The translations under genes were made by a program, and so were the position numbers. The notes under the pieces were generated by a model, which was given only the letters and a program-made list of their open reading frames with translations, ran no database searches and was not told the DNA's origin. DNA of 64,000 bases from a virus (Duplodnaviria > Caudoviricetes). The stretch lies in the IMG/VR virus record IMGVR_UViG_3300030376_002811, positions 5,183 to 69,182 of that record. One strand, given 5' to 3'. Below, in pieces: positions 48,171 to 54,601 of this stretch (position 1 is its first letter; the number at the start of each line of letters is the position of its first letter).

Positions 48171-48692
48171 TTATTCGTCAGTAGTATACATGCTATTATA
48201 AGGAGACATGTCTCTTTTTATCCATTTCGCCTTATTGAGTCGTCTTTTACTCTTTTTTAGCTTATTTTTAGTCTTATTACTCTTAGCTTTTTTAATTTTG
48301 CCTTCTTTATCGAATTTTATTACAGATCTATAGTTGCCTTCTTTGTTACCTGAGCCTCTTACGTCTTTAGTAACTACTTTTTTGAACGTTCCGTCCTTTC
48401 TAGTCTTTAGTTTCGACTTCCAAATAGCGTCTTGCTCAAGAGGAGTCTCTAAAACAGACTTATCACCGTCGAAAGTGTACTCTTTGCCAGGCTCCATAAT
48501 CTTGGTTTGGCCAGTTGTAGTGCCAACACCTTTGATTGGGCCCTTTTCTAGAGGCTTTCCATCGTCTTCCTTCATGCTGATCTCATTACTAGGTATAAGA
48601 TTCTGCTCGTTATCAACGTCTGGACTATTTTTTCTGTAACCCGTCGTGGTTATCTTAGGATAAAGTGACGGGCCTTTCATCTTAAAACTCAT
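48171..48692 (-). CDS. FKMKG-tag basic protein, 173 aa
   Basis: MSFKMKGPSLYP, then GYRKNSPD...IPSNEISMK...MEPGKEYTFDGD. Confidence 0.65.
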   Translation of the reverse strand: MSFKMKGPSLYPKITTTGYRKNSPDVDNEQNLIPSNEISMKEDDGKPLEKGPIKGVGTTTGQTKIMEPGKEYTFDGDKSVLETPLEQDAIWKSKLKTRKDGTFKKVVTKDVRGSGNKEGNYRSVIKFDKEGKIKKAKSNKTKNKLKKSKRRLNKAKWIKRDMSPYNSMYTTDE

Positions 48693-49084
48693 TATTTCGG
48701 CTTGTTTGCTTCGTCTATCGCTTTTTCTTTTTCGTAGTCACTAACTTGACCAGTATGTAAAGTGCCATCTGCAGCTTGATAAAACTTCTTACCGTCTTTG
48801 TAAATTATCTTACCTTTCTTAGGCTTTTTAGTTGTTGTTTTCTTAGCGCCTTTAGACATTTGCTTTTTATATTCTTCCTCGCTTATGTCAGCGCCAGGGA
48901 AAGCAGGTACAAAATCTTCTTGACTTGTCTTTTTCTGTTGAGCTGGAGAGTTAGCATCAATTTTACTTTGACGATTAGCTTCGTAGCCAGATAGCTTTCC
49001 ATCTTTGTCTAAATCCCCTTTCATAGGAGTTGCTGATTTGCGATAAAGAGATGGTCCTCTCATCTTAAATGGTGTGTATGACAT
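48692..49084 (-). CDS. FKMKG-tag basic protein, 130 aa; first gene of the minus arm
   Basis: MSYTPFKMRGPSLYRKSATPMK; DLDKDGKLS is EF-hand-like. Confidence 0.65.
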   Translation of the reverse strand: MSYTPFKMRGPSLYRKSATPMKGDLDKDGKLSGYEANRQSKIDANSPAQQKKTSQEDFVPAFPGADISEEEYKKQMSKGAKKTTTKKPKKGKIIYKDGKKFYQAADGTLHTGQVSDYEKEKAIDEANKPK

Positions 49085-49121
49085 TGTCTTATTTTTATGT
49101 GTTAGTATACTAATTAGTATT

Positions 49122-49146
49122 ATTACATAGAAAGTGAAATTATTAC
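49122..49146 (-). promoter_or_regulatory. Candidate late promoter GTAA-N16-GTAAT at the head of the minus arm
   Basis: GTAA taatttcactttctat GTAATAATA, fully intergenic. Confidence 0.5.
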
Positions 49147-49151
49147 AAAAC

Positions 49152-49196
49152 GTGACAACAGCCTATTACTCATACCTATTCATAGGCTAGTGTCAT
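49152..49196. repeat. Inverted repeat element IR-A: GTGACA-N33-TGTCAT
   Basis: GTGACAACAGCCTA...TAGGCTAGTGTCAT. Confidence 0.7.
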
Positions 49197-49233
49197 ATAA
49201 AAAAAACGTTATAAATATAGAAGTGTAGCGTTG

Positions 49234-49295
49234 CCCCCTCCCGAGTAGGCCACCCGCCCCCTACCAAAACTCATATTTTTAGGCCAACCCCGGCC
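49234..49295 (-). other. C-rich island (G-rich on the minus strand) at the strand switch
   Basis: C5-T-C3-N10-C3-G-C5 and two AGGCCA(A)CCC copies in an AT-rich background. Confidence 0.6.
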
Positions 49296-49356
49296 TCTTA
49301 TTTATATATATTATCATCTTTTTCTCGTTTTTACATTGCATTTCATTTACAACGCT

Positions 49357-49378
49357 AATACGACTTACAATTGATAAT
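49357..49378 (+). promoter_or_regulatory. Early promoter motif copy 1
   Basis: AATACGA-cttacaatt-GATAAT. Confidence 0.75.
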
Positions 49379-49387
49379 AAATACGTA

Positions 49388-49483
49388 ATGAGAAACAATA
49401 ATAATAAATACAACAAAAGAAATACATTGATACTTCAAATATCATTTATTACAATACAATTAACATTATTCTTCTTACTATAA
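49388..49483 (+). CDS. Small hydrophobic peptide, 31 aa
   Basis: MRNNNNKYNKRNTLILQISFITIQLTLFFLL starts 10 nt after promoter copy 1. Confidence 0.35.
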   Translation: MRNNNNKYNKRNTLILQISFITIQLTLFFLL

Positions 49484-49493
49484 ATACAAAGTT

Positions 49494-49515
49494 GATACGA
49501 CTACAACTTGATAAT
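49494..49515 (+). promoter_or_regulatory. Early promoter motif copy 2
   Basis: GATACGA-ctacaactt-GATAAT. Confidence 0.75.
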
Positions 49516-49555
49516 ATAAATGTAAATAAAAACTATTAAACTAAATTAAATTATT

Positions 49556-49774
49556 ATGATTACTAAAAGATTCGTTATTCGCAAAACTCTAATCGGTACA
49601 AATACAATTGTACAATTCACTAACAAAAAAGGTATTACGTATAAGTATGACCACGATGCAGTTTACTCTGCAAATCAAGAAAAACTAGAAACTATGAATT
49701 GTTTTCAACAATATGGTAACTATACAAATAGTAATAACTTACCAACATGGGCGAGAGAGTTTACAGTTGAATAA
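49556..49774 (+). CDS. Early hypothetical protein, 72 aa (paralog of 50958-51188)
   Basis: KRFVIRKTLIG...FTNKKG...YDHD...KLETMNCF. Confidence 0.7.
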   Translation: MITKRFVIRKTLIGTNTIVQFTNKKGITYKYDHDAVYSANQEKLETMNCFQQYGNYTNSNNLPTWAREFTVE

Positions 49775-49776
49775 AC

Positions 49777-49824
49777 TGTGACACTTGCCTACTACTCTAA
49801 CCTATTTAACTACCTAATGTCACA
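49777..49824. repeat. Inverted repeat element IR-B: TGTGACA...TGTCACA (34 nt between GTGACA and TGTCAC)
   Basis: Perfect 7-bp arms; the interior resembles IR-A. Confidence 0.7.
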
Positions 49825-49984
49825 CTTATGTTACTACAAATACTACACGATATTACTATATTGATTATACTCGGAATTATACTACAATTTATTGAAACTA
49901 TAATTACAAACAAAGAAGTGCGCGGTAATACCTGACAACTAAATTTATCAACTAAACGTTTTACCTACTTTTATATACAAACTA

Positions 49985-50006
49985 AATACGACTATAATCA
50001 GATAAT
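49985..50006 (+). promoter_or_regulatory. Early promoter motif copy 3
   Basis: AATACGA-ctataatca-GATAAT. Confidence 0.8.
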
Positions 50007-50032
50007 ATAGATGAATATAAAAAATAAATAAA

Positions 50033-50161
50033 ATGGAGAAATTAAAAATTAAATTATTAGAATTATTATTAAAGAATATATTTAAATATAACGAGAATGA
50101 ATGTCGAGAAAAATATATGGAAACAACTATAGACGACCTAACTTATTTATTAAACAATTAA
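50033..50161 (+). CDS. Small early protein, 42 aa (not in track)
   Basis: MEKLKIKLLELLLKNIFKYNENECREKYMETTIDDLTYLLNN follows promoter copy 3. Confidence 0.45.
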   Translation: MEKLKIKLLELLLKNIFKYNENECREKYMETTIDDLTYLLNN

Positions 50162-50175
50162 AAGAAAATACCATT

Positions 50176-50430
50176 ATGACTACAATTGATAGATTACACA
50201 GAGAATATCTTAAACAACAATTACTTCATCACGATTACTCAAATACTCCTGAAGACAAATCAATACTTGTCGAGTTAGACTACAAACAAATTACTGTGTC
50301 TACTGAAGGTCCAAGTGGATTTACTCACTGGAAATCATCAGGTGGTTCTATTGAAAACTTAATTGACTTAATGAACAGAGAAGTATCTCGTCATCCAGAG
50401 TATGATTTGATAATAGTAGACAAAGAATAG
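50176..50430 (+). CDS. Early hypothetical protein; start reassigned to MTTIDRL
   Basis: In frame with track ORF 50101-50430; AACCATTATG-like start context. Confidence 0.55.
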   Translation: MTTIDRLHREYLKQQLLHHDYSNTPEDKSILVELDYKQITVSTEGPSGFTHWKSSGGSIENLIDLMNREVSRHPEYDLIIVDKE

Positions 50431-50440
50431 TTACAAATTA

Positions 50441-50462
50441 AATACGACTGTCAACTGATAAT
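50441..50462 (+). promoter_or_regulatory. Early promoter motif copy 4
   Basis: AATACGA-ctgtcaact-GATAAT. Confidence 0.8.
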
Positions 50463-50489
50463 ATAGATGAACTTAAAATAAAATATACA

Positions 50490-50714
50490 ATGTCAAAATT
50501 AAAAATCTCACCTTCAACAAATATTATTAAACTAAATAATAAAACTTATATACCTTTTCAACTACATCAATTACCAGATTACTATCAAGAAATATCTCTA
50601 TCTGACCAATTCAAATTAAAAGGTTATATCTATATAAATCAACATGCACTAAAGTCTTACAACAAAGACACTCACACACTTAATCGAGACTTAGACTATA
50701 GACTAAGAAGATAA
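50490..50714 (+). CDS. Early hypothetical protein, 74 aa (paralog of 59466-59621)
   Basis: YIPFQLHQLP...DQFKLKGYIYI. Confidence 0.6.
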   Translation: MSKLKISPSTNIIKLNNKTYIPFQLHQLPDYYQEISLSDQFKLKGYIYINQHALKSYNKDTHTLNRDLDYRLRR

Positions 50715-50721
50715 CAATATA

Positions 50722-50743
50722 AATACGAATACTAAAAGATAAT
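50722..50743 (+). promoter_or_regulatory. Early promoter motif copy 5
   Basis: AATACGA-atactaaaa-GATAAT. Confidence 0.75.
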
Positions 50744-50753
50744 ATATACAGTT

Positions 50754-50951
50754 ATGCAAAAGAAATTACAACAGTACAAATACCATTACAACTACGCTAA
50801 ACAATATGGCGATACCGACTTACAAGTTATATACTTTAATAAAATACAAGACTTGTTGGCTCAAGAAATATACTCAGAGTTCGGTTATGATACTTGTAAA
50901 ATGGTAGAAAAAGAAGAAATATTAACTAAAACAATTAACTTATTAAATTAA
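50754..50951 (+). CDS. Early hypothetical protein, 65 aa
   Basis: ORF directly after promoter copy 5. Confidence 0.55.
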   Translation: MQKKLQQYKYHYNYAKQYGDTDLQVIYFNKIQDLLAQEIYSEFGYDTCKMVEKEEILTKTINLLN

Positions 50952-50957
50952 ACTATT

Positions 50958-51188
50958 ATGTCTGAAGCATTAAAAATGAAGAGATTCGTTATGAGAAAGT
51001 CTCTTGTAGGTAAAAACGTGTTAATCACTTTCACAAATAAAAAAGGTGACGAAGTAACTTACAATCACGATAAAGCGTTTGCTATCATGAAAGATAAGCT
51101 AGAATCTATGAACTGTTGGGAAAAGTACAAGTCTTACACTTGCACGAATAATATTCCAGTAGTATTAAGAGACAAGGAGCTTGTATAA
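50958..51188 (+). CDS. Early hypothetical protein, 76 aa (paralog of 49556-49774)
   Basis: KRFVMRKSLVG...FTNKKG...YNHD...KLESMNCW. Confidence 0.7.
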   Translation: MSEALKMKRFVMRKSLVGKNVLITFTNKKGDEVTYNHDKAFAIMKDKLESMNCWEKYKSYTCTNNIPVVLRDKELV

Positions 51189-51193
51189 ACTCA

Positions 51194-51234
51194 AGTGTGA
51201 ATGGTTAACAGTGGTTCGATTCCACTCCACACTA
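51194..51234 (+). ncRNA. tRNA-like minihelix (acceptor-like stem plus T-arm, no D or anticodon arm)
   Basis: AGTGTGA-atggttaac-AGTGG-TTCGATT-CCACT-CCACACT-A. Confidence 0.5.
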
Positions 51235-51236
51235 CT

Positions 51237-51374
51237 ATGAAAATTACGATTAAAAATAAGAGAAGTATACGACGTCAAGTCGACATAGAACTAGGTAAAA
51301 TAGTGCCTACAACTAAAGTATACAAGAATAAAAAAAAGTATAACAGAAAGAAAAAACATAAAAATTATGACTAA
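51237..51374 (+). CDS. Very basic small protein, 45 aa (not in track)
   Basis: MKITIKNKRSIRRQVDIELGKIVPTTKVYKNKKKYNRKKKHKNYD. Confidence 0.55.
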   Translation: MKITIKNKRSIRRQVDIELGKIVPTTKVYKNKKKYNRKKKHKNYD

Positions 51375-51600
51375 ATTAGAATTAGCAAAAATGCTACAAA
51401 ACTTTGACCACTATACTCAGTATTCAGAAGACTTTAGTGTGTTCAAGCGAGGTAGAAAGCAAGCTGAATATGTATCACAGCAACTAGACAAGTTGTTTGA
51501 TAAGAAATCTGAAGCTCTCGAGTTTTACAATGACAATACACCTGAAGGTGTAGGTTATATGCAAAGTTATATTGATGAATTAAAAAAAGAAGGAAACTAA
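51367..51600 (+). CDS. Early hypothetical protein, 77 aa
   Basis: LQNFDHYTQYSEDFSVFKRG motif; coupled ORF. Confidence 0.6.
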   Translation: MTKLELAKMLQNFDHYTQYSEDFSVFKRGRKQAEYVSQQLDKLFDKKSEALEFYNDNTPEGVGYMQSYIDELKKEGN

Positions 51601-51601
51601 T

Positions 51602-51775
51602 ATGAAATTTACTTGGAAACAATACGGAATAAGTATATCTATTGACAAAGATAACAACGTGAAAAAAGAACAAATCAAAATTAAACACGAGCACGATAAG
51701 TTTGCTGAGTTTGATAAGTGGTTTGCTAAATTTGAAAAACAATACAATGAAGAACAGGAGAATAAATACTACTAA
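51602..51775 (+). CDS. Small early protein, 57 aa (not in track)
   Basis: MKFTWKQYGISISIDKDNNVKKEQIKIKHEHDKFAEFDKWFAKFEKQYNEEQENKYY fills the gap exactly. Confidence 0.5.
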   Translation: MKFTWKQYGISISIDKDNNVKKEQIKIKHEHDKFAEFDKWFAKFEKQYNEEQENKYY

Positions 51776-51776
51776 A

Positions 51777-51884
51777 ATGAGCGATAGAACTAAAGAAGCC
51801 ATAAACTTTGGCATAATGTATTTAGGAATAATAGCATTTCTAACATCTATAATATACAATATATGTACGAGTGGACTTGGGTAA
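51777..51884 (+). CDS. Small single-TM protein, 35 aa; start reassigned
   Basis: MSDRTKEAINFGIMYLGIIAFLTSIIYNICTSGLG. Confidence 0.45.
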   Translation: MSDRTKEAINFGIMYLGIIAFLTSIIYNICTSGLG

Positions 51885-51926
51885 TAATAGCTTTCTGGTA
51901 TTTATCAGTAGCAATATACAGAGCAA

Positions 51927-52238
51927 ATGAAGAGAATTAAATTAACTGTAGCATCTATACTACTAGGTGGTATGTGCTACGCTCAGTGTACAGTGGAAAC
52001 TAGAACTGAGTTAGAGAAAGAAAGACAAGCAATTGAGTATCGATTACTAGATATGATAGATGCTATACGCATGGATATGTATTACGGCAAAGTGTTTGAA
52101 GACGCAGGCATGTATTACATTAACGAGATAAATGCTATTAGAGCGCAAAACCACCGTTTAGCTAACACTCTAGATACTACTTATGTAGAAACAGATGTGT
52201 ACTATACTGACTGTGAAAACTGCGATGAGATTGACTAA
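51927..52238 (+). CDS. Early exported protein, 103 aa
   Basis: Signal peptide MKRIKLTVASILLGGMCYA followed by Q; C-terminal CxxC. Confidence 0.6.
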   Translation: MKRIKLTVASILLGGMCYAQCTVETRTELEKERQAIEYRLLDMIDAIRMDMYYGKVFEDAGMYYINEINAIRAQNHRLANTLDTTYVETDVYYTDCENCDEID

Positions 52239-52248
52239 TTGCAAAATA

Positions 52249-52270
52249 AATACGACACTTGTCAGATAAT
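52249..52270 (+). promoter_or_regulatory. Early promoter motif copy 6
   Basis: AATACGA-cacttgtca-GATAAT. Confidence 0.8.
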
Positions 52271-52294
52271 ATATATGACAAAAGCTTATTAAAT

Positions 52295-52510
52295 ATGAAC
52301 AACTATTGTAAATGTGGTGAACCCGTACACCCAGTTAGACAAAAATACGGGTATAAAACGTGTGTTAGTTGTAGTGGCGTCGAGCGTGTAGCGTCGGCAC
52401 CTATCACCAATCACAAGACAGGTAATACAATACAAATAGTATCGCAAGCACAATCAATAGCGATACATAAGGCAAGCCGTCGTAAAGGTTACGGCACATG
52501 CCTTAGATAA
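52295..52510 (+). CDS. C4 zinc-finger protein (DksA/TraR-finger-like); start reassigned
   Basis: YCKCGEPVHPVRQKYGYKTCVSC. Confidence 0.55.
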   Translation: MNNYCKCGEPVHPVRQKYGYKTCVSCSGVERVASAPITNHKTGNTIQIVSQAQSIAIHKASRRKGYGTCLR

Positions 52511-52511
52511 A

Positions 52512-52880
52512 GAAACTAGTCAGGTTTAACAATAAGCAAAGCACCAGAAGTGGTGTCGCAATGACGAAGAGTAGTGGCGTTGGACCATAGGTCGCGAGTG
52601 CCCTAAAAATCCCTGCTCACCTGACGCCGGTATACGAGCGTGGCGCGTGAGACGTGTATGTAGAGAATAAATGTGTCCGAACGGATGGAAGCAATGCTAG
52701 CGAACTGAACACTACAATCTTACTCACTTGGCCACCTCGTTTTATATACGTGTAGAACCAGCGGATTGAATCGGTTCAAAGCTAGGTACAGGAGTACGGT
52801 ATGAATCAGTAGACGTTTTCACGAGCTGATTTACCAGAAGGTACAACTGACGAGTTTGAGGTTCGATTCCTCACTAGCTA
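52512..52880 (+). ncRNA. Putative structured ncRNA (~370 nt) with a tRNA-like 3' end
   Basis: No long ORF; core about 53% GC by hand count versus about 25% in a nearby coding line; multiple long-range helices; terminal TGAGG-TTCGATT-CCTCA T-arm. Confidence 0.6.
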
Positions 52881-52887
52881 CAAAACA

Positions 52888-52909
52888 AATACGACACGAG
52901 TCGGATAAT
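52888..52909 (+). promoter_or_regulatory. Early promoter motif copy 7
   Basis: AATACGA-cacgagtcg-GATAAT. Confidence 0.8.
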
Positions 52910-52921
52910 AAATTAAACATT

Positions 52922-53122
52922 ATGATTATATTAACAGTATTAGACTTTGAATGTGGCTTAGTATTTCAGTATACTATAGAAGTACTTCAAGATGGCAGTA
53001 AGCCTGAATTACAATCAGAAGACTTTGAAAAACTTATGGCAGAACGAGGTCACAACTTAGCAAACTGTGAGTGGATGTCACATAGTGATGACACTATTAA
53101 CAAGATTAAAATTGAATTATGA
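52922..53122 (+). CDS. Early hypothetical protein; start reassigned to MIILTVLDF
   Basis: In frame with track ORF 52856-53122; follows promoter copy 7. Confidence 0.55.
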   Translation: MIILTVLDFECGLVFQYTIEVLQDGSKPELQSEDFEKLMAERGHNLANCEWMSHSDDTINKIKIEL

Positions 53123-53439
53123 AAGACACTAATGAAATAGAAAAGCAACTACAGCATAAAGCTGACAAGTACATCGAGCAAAAAGCAAAAGAAATGTTTG
53201 AAGTTCACAGAGAAATAGCTATGTATCTAGGCGGTAGGCTCCCAACCTATATTGACTACATCACTGACTTTACTGAATACAGTAGAGATATAATGGCAAA
53301 CAGAGATAACTACTTTACTTCTAGCTCTCCTTCATCAATGGAACTCAAGTTCCAGAAAGATCTAGAGAAAAACTACAAACATAAACTTGTAGCTAAATAC
53401 ACGAAAGAACTAATAACTAAACTAGATATACTCGGATAA
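53119..53439 (+). CDS. Hypothetical protein, 106 aa
   Basis: Coupled ORF. Confidence 0.55.
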   Translation: MKDTNEIEKQLQHKADKYIEQKAKEMFEVHREIAMYLGGRLPTYIDYITDFTEYSRDIMANRDNYFTSSSPSSMELKFQKDLEKNYKHKLVAKYTKELITKLDILG

Positions 53440-53440
53440 T

Positions 53441-53953
53441 ATGGAATATATGTCAACAGAAATCAGAAGTGCCCGCGAAGCACTAACTATATTTAAGATA
53501 CTAGGTATCAAAGATGTAACTACAAATCGTCAACGTAAGAACGGCACAACAGTGTATGAATTACCAATACAACAAATGTGGCAAACACTTAACCCTAAAC
53601 CTTTACGTTTTGCTACATACAAAGCAGGTTATGTTAGAAATGTAAGCGAGTACAACTCAAGTCCTTACCAAATTAACAAAACGGAAACAGTACAACTTCC
53701 GGGCTATGCTTATGATGTTATTAAGCGTATACTTATACCAAACTGGGAAGAGCGAATAATATACTTAGCTAAGTTTATTATTAAAAACTACTATCAAAAA
53801 CCTACATACTTAATGAACGATTATACTATTAAGTGTTTGAAAGAAGCTTATTACGAGCAGAACAAAACGGGTTTACCATTTCATGAAGAAGGCGATATGC
53901 ATTCGCCAGATATTAAAGTAATTATTAACGGACACAGATACAATTTATCATGA
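53441..53953 (+). CDS. Hypothetical protein, 170 aa
   Basis: Coupled ORF; motif RFATYKAGYVRN...YQINK. Confidence 0.55.
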   Translation: MEYMSTEIRSAREALTIFKILGIKDVTTNRQRKNGTTVYELPIQQMWQTLNPKPLRFATYKAGYVRNVSEYNSSPYQINKTETVQLPGYAYDVIKRILIPNWEERIIYLAKFIIKNYYQKPTYLMNDYTIKCLKEAYYEQNKTGLPFHEEGDMHSPDIKVIINGHRYNLS

Positions 53954-54165
53954 GCGCATTTTACAGAGACACAAGGTTTAACGGTAAGCTAGTTAGACTA
54001 GAAGACGTTATAGATGAAATATATAATAGAGCATTAAAGACTATAGACGATGGTCTCTATGAGCTTCTAGATGAAAAAGATGACGAAGAATTCTACATGG
54101 ATTACAAAGAAGCTTTCGGTCATATAGTAGAAGAACTACACAAGTTTCACTATTTAGAAGACTAA
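53950..54165 (+). CDS. Acidic small protein, 71 aa
   Basis: D/E-rich: ELLDEKDDEEFYMDY. Confidence 0.55.
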   Translation: MSAFYRDTRFNGKLVRLEDVIDEIYNRALKTIDDGLYELLDEKDDEEFYMDYKEAFGHIVEELHKFHYLED

Positions 54166-54174
54166 TACAAACTA

Positions 54175-54196
54175 AATACGAACACCAACAGATAAT
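54175..54196 (+). promoter_or_regulatory. Early promoter motif copy 8
   Basis: AATACGA-acaccaaca-GATAAT. Confidence 0.8.
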
Positions 54197-54222
54197 AATA
54201 TAAACCAATTAAATAAACCATT

Positions 54223-54600
54223 ATGACTAAAGTAGAAATAGAAGTAAAGTTAGAAGCTTTACAAAAGTTGCTTGAAGAAAAAGCGAACGAACAAAACACT
54301 TATCAAAGCCAGATAGATGACTTACAAAAACAACTAGCAGACTTAAACAAACCAAAGCTTACGCCAGCACAGTTTGACTTAGTTAACAACGCTATTGAAG
54401 AAGCTATTAGCGGATGGGACTTTGATGACCTTGACAACTATAGCATTGACTATGGCATTGACTATGATAACAGAATAACGTGTGAGTCATTTTGTTTTGA
54501 CAATGCTTACGATCTACAATGTGAAATATACAACAACGTAGAGGCGGTATTTGCAGAAGCGGATGCGCCTGAAGATGATAACCAAGAAAACCAAGACTAA
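54223..54600 (+). CDS. Coiled-coil protein with an acidic C-terminal half, 125 aa
   Basis: Heptad N-terminus; C-half WDFDDLDNYSIDYGIDYD...EADAPEDDNQENQD. Confidence 0.6.
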   Translation: MTKVEIEVKLEALQKLLEEKANEQNTYQSQIDDLQKQLADLNKPKLTPAQFDLVNNAIEEAISGWDFDDLDNYSIDYGIDYDNRITCESFCFDNAYDLQCEIYNNVEAVFAEADAPEDDNQENQD

Positions 54601-54601
54601 T

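Noticed and set aside
593-48994. Plus-strand ORFs in the late arm (for example 593-832, 11772-12287, 26225-26557, 37492-37794, 44837-45148)
   Set aside because: They are antisense shadows of long, motif-bearing minus-strand genes and have no recognisable motifs.
51194-51234. Functional tRNA
   Set aside because: Only about 41 nt with no anticodon arm; kept only as a tRNA-like element.
52512-52880. Canonical tmRNA, RNase P RNA or tRNA gene
   Set aside because: No GGGG 5' end, Ala-ending tag frame or CCA; no GAGGAAAGUC core; the 52780-52880 part lacks proper D and anticodon arms.
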